Positions 13,301-24,659 of a stretch of DNA of 63,806 nt are shown piece by piece (within the stretch, counting starts at the first letter, position 1; every line of letters begins with the position of its first letter). A program made the translations under genes and the position numbers. The stretch spans positions 2,575,341 through 2,639,146 of the forward strand of contig NW_004797271.1 in NCBI RefSeq assembly GCF_000002075.1, given 5' to 3'. This DNA is from Aplysia californica. Lineage: Eukaryota. The notes below the pieces were generated by a model. The model made no database searches. It saw only the letters and a list, made by a program, of their open reading frames with translations, and was not told where the DNA came from.

Positions 13301-16300
13301 CCCCCATCCAGGGGAGGTCTCTAGAATATCAAGGAATTGAGACGACATGGCATGCACGATGTACACATAAGCTTGTTTGACTTGCAACTTAGAAAAACAA
13401 ACACGTTGCGTTCGCTTTTGAAGGTCACAATTGAATTCAGTCGAGTAGTGCTATGATTGTAGATTTTGCCTCATTGTGGAAGAAAAATCTGGCTGACCCC
13501 GACTCAATTCAACTGAATTTGATTGGCAGTGTGCACTGGGTATTAGGTCAAATACTTCTGGTAGGATGAGGAAAATAAGGACCGCATTCAAAATTTGAAC
13601 CTTACTTGTTGATAAACTGTTCAAGTCCCTTCCGTCTATCCTCGATGAATTCATCCTCAAAGATCCCATCGTCTCCTCTAAAGGGAAGCTGTCTTTTCAA
13701 TGCTTTTCCTGGCAGTGGGGGCACAACAATCTGTACAGGGGGAACAGAACAGAAGTAAATTGAATTAATCATAACCTGACCAGATATCAAATGCCACACC
13801 AGTGGAATAAAAGGATGGTTATCACTGATATCTTTTTTTTTTATAGTAGAGGGTTTTACCGTGCTCGAAATGCATAAGGTCATATGAGCGCCAAGGGGTG
13901 GGTGTCAACAGAGAAGTCTTTACAGGGAATCAGACTTAGACTGCTCACCTCTCTAGCTTCAACAGCACAAGGTCTGCTTCAACTATCAAGGCACTCCGGA
14001 AATAGCAGGTCACAAGAGAGTGACAAACATACACAAGAAGTAGAGGAAAATGACAATAGTAAGGATCAGGAAAGAAAAAGCAGCAGTTCCCAGTTGTAGA
14101 TCAGGCACAGTTATGAGCGTGACATGAGTCAGCCCATTTACAATTCTACTATGCTTGAACGAGAAATGTTCCCCCCTTTGGGAATGACCTAAAAACACTA
14201 CCGTCAGTGGCACTGCCCTGGTGGGGTACTGATATCTTTGAACATATACTACGCTTCAGAAAAACAGAATATAGCAAGATTGCAATAGCACAGAGGAGCA
14301 AGAGAAGAGTAAAATCACAAAAGTACAGATTCTACTTGAAGCATGATTTTAGTTTTAGTACAGGTTTTACGGCGCTCACAACTGCATAAGGTCATAGAAG
14401 CATGATTGAAAGTAAAAATGTTGTTTAATGCACTCATAACGAATGAACTTGATAATATGGTGGTGTCTGGCAAATAGTACGCTGGGTAAAAGCACAACCT
14501 GCTTTAACTTAAAAGTATCACTTGAGCCTATTTCCGGGTATTTACTGGACGCGCCGCCGGCCTGATGGTCTAATCCCGTGTATTTACTGGATGCGCTTTA
14601 TCAACTGACATCTCTGGTGTTTTTCGGTTACAAGCTACGGTAGGCAGCAAGCCAACTGTTTACCCACTTGTTTTGTTTCACTAGAAAAAAGTAACGTGCA
14701 ATACTTTTTTTTAGCTGTAACGGACTAAGCCAGTCACCCCCACATTGTGATAGATGATTTTATTATGAATTGAACACAAAAAAAAATAATTGTGTCACTC
14801 CCAGACATTGCCATTTCATAATACTGATAAAATAAAAACTATTTGGACAAATTAGACGCAGTTTTCTTTTTCTATAAGAATATTTTTTTCTGTTTTTTTT
14901 TGTTGCTTTAAAAAAAATTATGATATCTTTCAGTCTTTTTGTGGGCAACGATTCAACATACCCAAAAACAGTCAGGCTGCAATAGTTGTTGGATGAACAA
15001 TAGTTCAGGCTCAACTGAGGTTAAAACACACTCGCAGTGCAGAACCTTATTTTTTTAAAATGGTTATTTATCACTTGTAAGTGCTCCGTCAAATTGACAA
15101 CTCCATCTAATAGCAATCATTCGTGTGTTAGTGTCAGAAACTGATCGGTCATAAAATGATTCATTTCACTTGGAACTGATGGAAGAGAAGCAAACACCCA
15201 TGCTCTTCTTTATTACTTGAAACTGCGGCTTTGCCAGGGAGAAAAATACTTAGGGACCTGGTGTGAGATACCTTGGAGTCAGATACCGACTATATGAGTT
15301 TCAACAAACATGACAAAAGGAACAAAGGGAATTGTTCTTTTTTTTCCCTATGTGACAAAAAAAAATAAAGACAATGAAAGAAAAAGCATAAATGTTTGGA
15401 TATATTGTGCTTAGTGCTTATTATTGTCATTCCTGAAATCAGCTGTTCGGTCTTTAGACAAATTAGAATTTTAAAAAGTAACAAAATCTTCAAATAGCAT
15501 CTTGCTTACTTTGCTGTCCCTTTCCAGTTCATTTCGTAACCATTCAAAGTCACTGTATCTGCGTCGTACACTTGATTCTTTGAGCTTGAAGACAGGTAGA
15601 TTTGTCTGAAAAAAAACAAACAACAAAAATACATTGAAGTTATTTTCTCACATTCAAAATTATATAATACTGAAAAAAATCGCCAAAAACAACATAACAA
15701 TACCCATACCTATCAATCAAAAGAAACACTAATAATATAAGAAGTACAGGCAAACTTCGTTATTTTCAAATATCGCCCATCTTGGGGTCAGCATGAAGTT
15801 GGCAGTCTAAAGGGGCTGGAGGTATAAAATGGGGTTCTAATGCTCACCTCTGTCAGACAGCCCTGACTGCTCAGCATCAAGAGAAATTATTCTGCTGTGT
15901 GATCTACTGTTTCTGAAAAGTTTAAATAATTTCCTCTGACTATTCTCAATATTTTCAGGGTTTTTCTTTTAATTTTAATGAAAGTTGATAAAGTTCAGTT
16001 CGGAATCCCAAATATTTTGCAGATTTGGATTTTTGATACGTCGTACACAATAAACACATTCTTGGCCTACACTATTGCCCTCAGCTTAGGTTAACGAAAT
16101 TCGCTGTCACTGATTTTTATCCCACGCTGTGCTCGAAATATTTTGCTATTTGTGAGTTTCCCCTATTTTTGGAACCGGAGTTCCCTTTGTCCAATTTCTG
16201 GGTTTTGTTTTGTTGTCTGGTGGCCGAAGTCGACCACAACGCTAACGTGATGCTCATGCCGATTTAATTGAAAACAGCTCGTAATTTTAGAAATTCTGAA

Positions 16301-19300
16301 TCTATACGATTCAATTGACTCAGAATCAGATGATGAAGTGCGAAATAATGGTAGTTTGAGATGAGAGAAAGAGGTAGATCTCCTGTCGACAGCAGTAGGC
16401 AAGTACTAATACTAGTACTAGAGTCTAGTATGACGACTAAAGATTTAAGCGATGACCCTTGAAATAGTGTAGCCTTAGTCATCATAAGCTTATCAATTTA
16501 GCTTTCTTTGCTTTGATATATATATTTGTGTATAATTTAGGAGAGAAACAGCAACACCCTCACAACAACAGCAAACATATTGTACTGGCTAGTTTGGCCC
16601 AAAAAAAAAAAAAGATTTAATCCCCAAAATTTGTCATTTTTTGAAAAGCTATAAAACATGATGAACAAAATAACACAGAATCAATAATCTTTCTATTCTG
16701 TAAAGTTCAACATCTCCAACTGAAACTGGCCAAGTTTCATAAATCTAACATGAATAAGTACAGAGTAACTGGATTCTGAAAAAGGTCCAAAAAAGCTTGC
16801 AGGCAGCGGCTTAGTCTGAGCTAAGGCGCTGGCAGCAAGTGAGTTAACATCTTGTCAAATTCATGTTCGCCGTACTCCAGGCTTTAGCCCAACTAATATT
16901 TTTCCAAGGGCAAATTGACATTGGCAGGGGGAGGCCACGAGAAACATGGAGGAGATGCGTGGAAAGGGGACATGAGAGAGATGAAGCTCACTTGGAATGA
17001 GCTCGGAAGGAGTTTGTATGTGGCCTATACCCTGCCAGGGGTGAAAGGCATTGATGATGAAAGTGACACTGAGCAAATACAGGGGCTCTATACACAGAGA
17101 ATGTATGTTAACACTGTTAAAGTTAGACAGCTGAATATAAAGCAGTGACGTAGACTGTCAGGGTCTGATTGTTTTCCTTCTTACACACCAGGAAGGTGGG
17201 AATGGGTTGGAGTTGCCAATGGCACAGCATGTAAATTCTCAAAAATCAGACTCAATTTAAAAATTCACCTTAACTGTTCTTAACAGCACTTGCTACACAA
17301 TAGAGGGAGTCAACAGTTTCAATACCCATTCTTCATATTGAGTAACCGTAGACTCTAGTGTAGAAGTATAAGATGCTAGCCTAGCGGAAACTTAGATCAA
17401 ATTTTTAGCTTGCACCAAATTGGTGCTGCAAAGAGGAGTTTCACGCACCTTTCTTCTTGTGCGGGAAGAACGATGCCTAGATTTCTCTACAGTGACAAAA
17501 ATAACTTTGGTGCAAAGATTTTGCTTGCTCCCACCAGACACGACCGCAAGCGGTGCGACGAGCATAAACCCTCCTCGCTGTCTGTCTCTTCACTGGCGCG
17601 CGTGCAGCCAGCGGGTGACGGATCGCAAGGATGTAGGCTAGGCCTATGTAGATCTAGAGCACTGACTGGTTTAGAATAATTAGAAAAGGGGGAGGGGAGG
17701 TGGTGAAGGAAGGCCAGGGTTAGGTGGAGCGCTAGCACCAATAGCACCCCGCCACTGGTAATAACGAAAAATGTTTATTTCGCATTTTTAAAATAATTTT
17801 TAAAAATATATTTTTTAAACGGAAATTTTTCCATTTGCGGAATTCTGCTAATTTGTGGAAATCCGCAAAATTGCGGAAGACTGGAAGCCCTGTCTTCATG
17901 AAACTCAAAGTCTGTGAAATCCACATTGTTATCAAAGTCAATTTCAATATTTAAAGCTGTCATGAATTATTACTTTTAAAGTTCTTGTCACTACTGATTG
18001 GCCTGTAACAGCTCTGGGGCCAATGTGATTTCTGATACTGATATAACTTTTACCACAGAGTCCATTGTATGGGAAGGAATCCAAGGGCTAATCAAAGAGA
18101 GAGAGGGAGATAAAGTGAAAAGACGAAAAGGAGAAATAATTTCCCTGAAATATTTTGCGGGTCAATGGAATATTATCGTTTGAACTTGGCTCCTACCATG
18201 GCCCAAACTGGAACCCTTTTCATTCCTTTTCAACGTCATCCTCCTCTGCAATAAATTCATAGTCAGCATATACAATAATGGGAAAAGACCTTAATAACTG
18301 GGACTGCAATACATTTATACCCAGCGACGGTAGAAACTTTCCACTTTGGTTTTTGTAACTGGGCCCTTGTTCACGTGAGTTAGTAAGTGAGCTAAATTTT
18401 GTTCATCACTCACCATGTACTCGACAAGGGTTCCATGCAATTTTTTTCCTGCACAAAAATTTAACGACGTGGTCATGTGACCCACAAGCAAATTAACACA
18501 TTTTTTGACTAAACACATTACACCCTAACTCGCCCAGGACTGCCCGGGAATTCCCTTATGCGCTCCACCCTGACTTGCCCGGAACCGCCAGCGTTGACCT
18601 AGTGTCTTTAGAAACGAAGTCTCGTCAAAAACTCTGGGGCCGAGATTTTGATTTGCAGTTATTGCAAAAAGTTTTTTCTTTCGTTTGATACCGAAACGAA
18701 ATTTTTCGGGGGAGTAGTTTTAGTATTAGAGCCGAACGAAGTGAGATCGCTTTACCGACACTTCATAGATGTCTCGACTTGTTGAAAAGCGACACAATTG
18801 AGTTTGAAAAAGGAAATAACGACGGATTTGAGCAAAAACAAGCATATATATGACAATTCAGATGACTCAAATTTTGACGAAAATGTAGCAAGAGTTCAGG
18901 GCGATTCCGATTGATCAGACTAGAAAATCTAGAATGTAGATCTAGGGCCCGACCCCGAGGCTGAGAGTGAGAGTGACGGTTCGGACACCCCGATTGAACT
19001 AAAGTAGAACATTTCCACAGTTTGCGCATACATAAAGTTATATTTTTCTGAAACTGCATTCATTTTTCGTTTTAACTTTTATTTTTTAAGGATTTTTGGA
19101 ATTTGTTTAGTATTTTTAAAATGTGATTTTTAAAGGCTTGTATTCACGGGAGGTGGGTTCCTTCCCCTTGCTTAGGATCTAACAATGGATTTCATGTCCA
19201 GACCCTTAGGGTGTAATGAATTAAGTTCCGCCGAAATTATGAAACCTTCAAAAATGTGCTTTGATCAACACATCAGCGACTTTAGAACTGAAAAAAACAA

Positions 19301-22300
19301 GTTACATAGACATTCCAGCTAGCTCTTTTGTCGTCTCAAATTGCTGTACAAGATGCCGAAGTTAAGGCCCCAAGGAGCGCTGTTGGACAATTTGATTACT
19401 GCAAGCTGTACTATCGGCCCGTAGAGTGGCGAGGATGCTTCATTGCTCCCAACCTACCATCAATCCTGAAAGATAAGCTCCAAGTCACTGGAGTTAATTA
19501 CACATGCTAGGCAAACCACAGGTTGATGCTGCTGAAGAAGACAAGACAGATTTTGCTCTGGTATCTTTGAAATCACTTTCTCACAACGACTAGCTCTTCA
19601 CTTCAATTTCATACAGACACTGGAAGAGTCATCAGCGATAGAAGGAAAAAACTACGGCCTTGAAACACATTCGGACATCGAGCAAGGCGGCCTTATTATG
19701 ACCAATGTTCGCCATCTTTCCAAAAATTAAGCTTGAACTGACTGGGAGCTATGAGGGAGCTCCCAAAACAACAAGAGTGGAATGGACTGCCACAACAATA
19801 AATTTGTCAAGAAACAGAAAGCTGACTCCATCAATGCGCAGAACATGCCAAGCTTGCATCATTGCAAGGGGCTACAATGCCCGCTACCAACGTGAAATTT
19901 TGAAATCAAAGGGTACCAGTTTGTGCTTAACACTATGCCACTATATGAGACACGATCAAGAAAAAAAACGTAACTCACTTATTGAAATACTTTGCAATAT
20001 GTCTGTGTCAGTTTTTGTTTCTATAGGTTGAATAATAAACACAATACAGGCTTCTCTCCATGTGGAAAGTTTCCATTGCCTCTATGTATATTTATTGGCA
20101 ACAGCAACATATATATATAACGAAGTGGCTAGCCGTACTTAAGTACTGCTAGACTGGCAGTCTAGCCGTACTTAGATCTAGGTTTGGCCCTATCGACTCA
20201 AACCTGTTACTGTTAAGTACACAGGTCTCGTTAGATCTAGATCTAGTAATTATTCAGGTTCAAATACATGCAAGTGCAAGTCAGTAAGGCACCTTTTGGT
20301 TTTGTCTGAAATACAAATACTTTAGGCATTGCAAACTAAAAATTTCATTTACAATTCAGCCATCAATATTAACCCTGGAAGCGCGCAGGCCCTATATAAA
20401 GGGCGTGAGCCGGGCTACCCGGGAAGCGCGCACGCCCTATATATAAGGCTGACCTACTTCGACCGGGAAGCGCGCAGGCCCTATATAAAGGGCATAGACG
20501 CTGACCCTTTTCAAAGGAAAATTCCAGTGTTCCTTATATGGAAAATGACGTAGTCAATTACAGGCCAAAGTTATAAATAGTGACCAATGACTTTGCAAGT
20601 TATCTTGACCTCGTAGAGCGTCTCTTGGCCGAGATATCGATCGATAAAGTGACGCGGTCCCGCTGAGCGACTACACGCTATGTGTTATCACTAGTTTCGC
20701 CGTGCTGATGTACTAATTGTTGAGTCTATCGCGTTCTCGGCATTGTTTGTATTTATTTGATCGCTGATCATTTTTGAATGGCTCATTCTATCAGCTTAAA
20801 GAAAATATATGCTTTTTATCATCCGTTGAGCCGTAAATGGTCATTTTTCAGTAGCAGGTATACATTTCGGGTATCTCAGCTGTTTCCCCCCCCCCCCCCC
20901 CGCCAAACCCCCGTGTTCACAACTGATCGGCCGTGGCGGCGGGGCATTTTTGGCGGGTTACTTCTGGTGAAACGCTGAGCGCTTCTAGGGTTAAGTACGG
21001 CTAGCCTGACAGTCTAGCCGTCCTTACGTACGGCTAGCCTGGCTGTCTACCCGTACTTAAGTACGGCTAACCAAGAAGTCTAGCCGTACTGCCAGTCTAG
21101 CCGTACTTATCTTAAGCCCTATTAACATTAGAAAACAGGAGGTTTAAAATACATGCACTGTCATTAAGGCACCTGGTTTCGTCTCAAATACAAATACTTT
21201 GGGTACTGCAAACTAAAAATTTATAGGAAGAGGCTAGCCGTACTTAATGACGGCTAGACTCGCGTACTTATTCTTAATATGATGGCTAGACTGACCATTA
21301 AAAAAAAAATAGGCCTACTGAATTGTTATTATACATTTTTAGTGTGCAGTACCTAAAGTATTTGTATTTGAGACGAAACCAGGTGCCTTAATGACAGTGC
21401 ATGTATTTTGAAACTCCTGTTTTCTAATGTTAATAGGGCCTAAGATAAGTACGGCTAGGCTGGCAGTCTAGCCGTACTTAAGTACGGGTAGACAGCCAGG
21501 CTAGCCGTACTTAAGGACGGCTAGACTGTCAGGCTAGCCGTACTTAATATTGATGGCTGAATTGTAAATGAAATTTTTAGTTTGCAAAGCCTAAAGTATA
21601 ATTTGTATTTCAGACAAAACAAAAAGGTGCCTTACTGACTTGCATGTATTTGAACCTGAATAATTACTAGATCTAGATCTAATGAGACCTGTGTACTTAA
21701 CAGGCTTGAGTCGATAGGACCAAACCTAGATCTAAGTACGGCTAGACTGGCAGTCTAGCCGTACTTAAGTACGGCTAGACTCTAAGTCTAGCCGTACTTA
21801 AGTACGGATAGCCACTTCAAAATTTATATTTACAATTCAATAGGCCTATTTTTTTTTAATGGTCAGTCTAGCCATCATATTAAGAATAAGTATGGCTAGC
21901 CCAGCTGTCTAGCCGTACTTAAGCACGGCTAGCCAGCCAGTCTAGCAGTCATTAAGTACGGCTAGCCTCTTCCTATCCTATATAATCAATTACAAGACTT
22001 GACACAATTTACAGTTGCTACACAATCAAGTAGATCCAGATCAAGACGAGATCTAATCTAGATCTAGATCTAGATTCTAGTAGGTAATGAGAACAACATT
22101 GTCCTTGCAGCATGCATTAATTTTACATATGATAGAGACCAAATAATAGCCTATCAAATAGTACTACAACTGAGACAGTTTTTGTTATAATATGTGTTAT
22201 TGACAATTTAGACAGCCGTCGGCTGAGTACCATCATACTCATACTCATGGTAGGCCCATAGCCATACACATAAATTGATAATGATCATATGATGGCATGA

Positions 22301-22788
22301 CATGACCATGTCCTGTGGTGAAAGTTGTTACTCAACTAGATTCTAGGCCAAGTCTCATTGACATTATTAGTCAGTCAAAAGGGTGGGGGAGGACGAGGAT
22401 ATTGATAATAGATAAATCAGTTTCTATTAAAAGAGATCCCATGGCAAGACCGGGTAACGAATTCAGAAAACGGTACCCAGAAAAAACATGTTAAACTTCA
22501 TTGAGAGCACGATTTCAGGAACTGCGGGGAGCCGTTTACGTCGAAAGTCACACCCCCTTTTTGAAGAGCTCCTTTGGGCTTTGACCACTGAAATCTGACG
22601 ACAAAGGACTTCCCTTTTCCATTTCTTACCTTCATTCGGACTTCGTAATCAGTGTATCGTTTTTTGGCTACACCGTGAGTCTGTGGATCTGAAACATCGA
22701 TTTCCAAAAAGTTCGCTGGAGGTGAATACGCATCTTCTAGGGTCTGTTTCTTTGAGGAAATCCTCGCTGTGGCTGTGGGGGTGGTCAT
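10208..22788 (-). CDS. SNX3: Sorting nexin-3/12 (PX-only SNX), complete spliced CDS, 4 exons, 161 aa
   Basis: Exons 22788-22630, 15605-15510, 13730-13606 and 10313-10208 join with GT-AG introns (phases 0,0,2) to give 486 nt. Protein: [35 protein letters not shown]...YTDYEVRMK|[32 protein letters not shown]|[42 protein letters not shown]|[34 protein letters not shown]. This is the SNX3/SNX12 PX-domain signature. Confidence 0.97.
10683..10859 (-). mobile_element. Short retroposon family A, full-length copy
   Basis: Starts GTGGGTGGTTGG; ends in a hairpin plus TAAAAC tail; 13-bp TSD AGATCTCGTCAGT (10670-10682 and 10860-10872). Confidence 0.9.
11997..12744. mobile_element. Tc1/mariner (pogo/Tigger-like) MITE
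   Basis: TA TSD; TIR CAGTCAAACCTG / CAGGTTCAACTG; repeated ACGGCCAC motifs. Confidence 0.8.
13606..13730 (-). CDS. SNX3: SNX3/12 coding exon 3
   Basis: IVVPPLPGK...[10 protein letters not shown]; acceptor TACAG|, donor |GTAAGG; 125 nt. Confidence 0.95.
13836..14227 (-). mobile_element. Short retroposon family B (~390 bp), full-length copy
   Basis: 12-bp TSD ACTGATATCTTT; highly similar to 37583-37992; same 3' hairpin tail as family A. Confidence 0.9.
14349..14396 (-). mobile_element. 48-bp tail-only retroposon insertion
   Basis: Tail of family A/B flanked by the 11-bp TSD GAAGCATGATT. Confidence 0.8.
15510..15605 (-). CDS. SNX3: SNX3/12 coding exon 2
   Basis: Acceptor TTTTTTCAG|, donor |GTAAGC; PX motif [11 protein letters not shown]; 96 nt. 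Confidence 0.95.
16920..17061 (+). mobile_element. RTE 3'-end fragment (same family as the 3' half of 45161-45587)
   Basis: GAAACATGGAGGAGATG...GGGACATGAGAGAGATGAAGCTCACTTGGAA is nearly identical to the reverse complement of 45255-45310; TGATGATGAA tail. Confidence 0.8.
20373..20990. mobile_element. piggyBac-type MITE
   Basis: TTAA TSD on both sides; TIR CCCT(G/A)GAAGCGC, 11/12 match; the sister copy shows the empty site with a single TTAA (~21544). Confidence 0.9.
21226..21819. mobile_element. Second copy of the same MULE-like element, inserted inverted inside the first
   Basis: 9-bp TSD AAATTTATA (21217-21225 and 21820-21828); the sequence is the reverse complement of the outer copy. Confidence 0.8.
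22630..22788 (-). CDS. SNX3: SNX3/12 coding exon 1
   Basis: ATG at 22788; encodes [13 protein letters not shown]; donor AAG|GTAAGA; 159 nt. Confidence 0.95.
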
Positions 22789-22948
22789 TTTTCTCTATTC
22801 ACTTCAACGACGGAAAACAACCCCTGCGCAAGAATTGATGACGACACGGAAATGTGCGCTCCTTATAACACAGAAATCTGTGACGTTCACAAACAAGTTT
22901 GCTAAGGGGCGCTACTCTCGCTCAATTGTGATTTTAGTTATTATTTAC

Positions 22949-23620
22949 ATTAGATTTTTTTCTGCTTGCAGTGCCGGTGGGAAGAGGAGATATAATGTGC
23001 TTTCCACTTTTGATGCTTCCACATACTTGATAATAATTCCAAACATCGTGTTCATGGTATTACTAGATTCTAGAATCTAGATCTAGATTCTAGGCTCTAG
23101 GTCTAGATATCTAGATCTAGATCTATATTCTAGATCTAAATCTATCTACATCTAGATTCTAGATCTACATTATTTTATTAGACTAGATTCTAGATCTAAT
23201 TAGATTTTTTTCTGCTTGCAGTGCCGGTGGGAAGAGGAGATATAATGTGCTTTCCACTTTTGATGCTTCCACATACTTGATAATAATTCCAAACATCGTG
23301 TTCATGGTATTACTAGATTCTATATAGACTAGATTATATCTAATTTAGATATATCTAGATTGAGATCTAGATTTTTTCTAGATCTAGATATCTAGATCTA
23401 GAATCTAGATCTAGAATCTAGAAATCTAGATTTAGATCTAGACTAGATATTAGATCTAAATCTTTTCATCCGATAAAAAAGTTCCAAAAAAGAATGTAAA
23501 AGTGTCCTGTGCTGTGACTGATACACTTGACTTAAACTTAGACTTAGATAGATCTAGACTAGATTCTAGATCCAGATCTAGTCTATATATATATCTAGAT
23601 TCTAGATCTAGAATCTAGAC
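22949..23620. repeat. 124-bp direct duplication interleaved with TCTAGA/AGATCT palindrome-rich tracts
   Basis: 22949-23072 matches 23199-23322; scrambled TAGATCTAGA tracts at 23063-23198 and 23313-23620. Confidence 0.9.
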
Positions 23621-23624
23621 TAAA

Positions 23625-24125
23625 GAAAGTGGCTATTCTCACCCGCCCGGAAGTTCTCGCAACATCAACTCCTCCCCTCTTCTCTCTCTCTCTCTGTCTC
23701 TTTCTGAATACTGTCTATCGGTGTGGACGATCAAATTGACCAAAACAAAGTTTAAAAATGATGTTAAAACACAAAAGTAAATTAATTTGGTTGTCTACAA
23801 AGATGCTACGGCTATTTAACTTTTCGAATCGAGCCGAACTACGCGGGTCGCCATTTTGTTTTGCCCGGAAATTCTTGCGCTACTCCTCTCTCTCTTTCTT
23901 TCTCTCTCTCTCTCCACTGCCCACAGACAAAATTGTACGCTTTTAGTAGGCTACAGTTGTAATGGAACGTTTATTCACGGCACAGAATTCTACAATTTTT
24001 CTGTTATCACAGTGTAGAATTCTGTGGTTTAGGGTGAACGCAAAATTTGGTGAACGCGCACCGGGTGAGAATAGCCACAAGACTCGCCTGCACTATTCTC
24101 ACTCCGGGTGAGAATAGAGGTGGCC
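23625..24125. mobile_element. MULE-like non-autonomous element, copy 1
   Basis: 17-bp inverted repeat GTGGCTATTCTCACCCG / CGGGTGAGAATAGCCAC plus an extra terminal hairpin; 9-bp TSD TAGACTAAA. Confidence 0.8.
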
Positions 24126-24164
24126 TAGACTAAATAAAGGTACGCTCAAAAACTTGAAAAAGAA

Positions 24165-24659
24165 GAAAGTGGCTATTCTCACCCGCCCGGAAGTTCTCGC
24201 AAGATCAACTCCTCCCCTCTTCTCTCTCTCTCTGTCTCTTTCTGAATACTGTCTATCGGTGTGGACGATCAAATTGACCAAAACAAAGTTAAAAAATGAT
24301 GTTAAAACACAAAAGTAAATAAATTTGGTTGTCTACAAAGATGCTACGGCTATTTAACTTTTCGAATTGAGCCGAACTACGCGGGTCGCCATTTTGTTTT
24401 GCCCGGAAATTCTCGCGCTATTCCTCTCTCTCTTTCTCTCTCTCTCTCCACTGCCCACAGACAAAATTGTACGCTTTTAGTAGGCTACAATTGTAATGGA
24501 ACGTTTGTTCACGGCACAGAATTCTACAATTTTTCTGTTATCACAGTGTAGAATTCTGTGGTTTAGGGTGAACGCAAAATTTGGTGAACGCGCACCGGGT
24601 GAGAATAGCCACAAGACTCGCCTGCACTATTCTCACTCCGGGTGAGAATAGAGCTGGCC
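24165..24659. mobile_element. MULE-like non-autonomous element, copy 2
   Basis: Nearly identical to 23625-24125; has its own 8-bp flanking repeat AAAAAGAA. Confidence 0.8.

Larger units (their letters stand above)
20121..21973. mobile_element. MULE/foldback-like non-autonomous element (outer copy) containing two nested insertions
   Basis: Termini CGAAGTGGCTAGCC ... GGCTAGCCTCTTCC; internal palindromic subrepeats CTAGCCGTACTTAAGTACGGCTAG; outer TSD not cleanly resolved. Confidence 0.75.
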
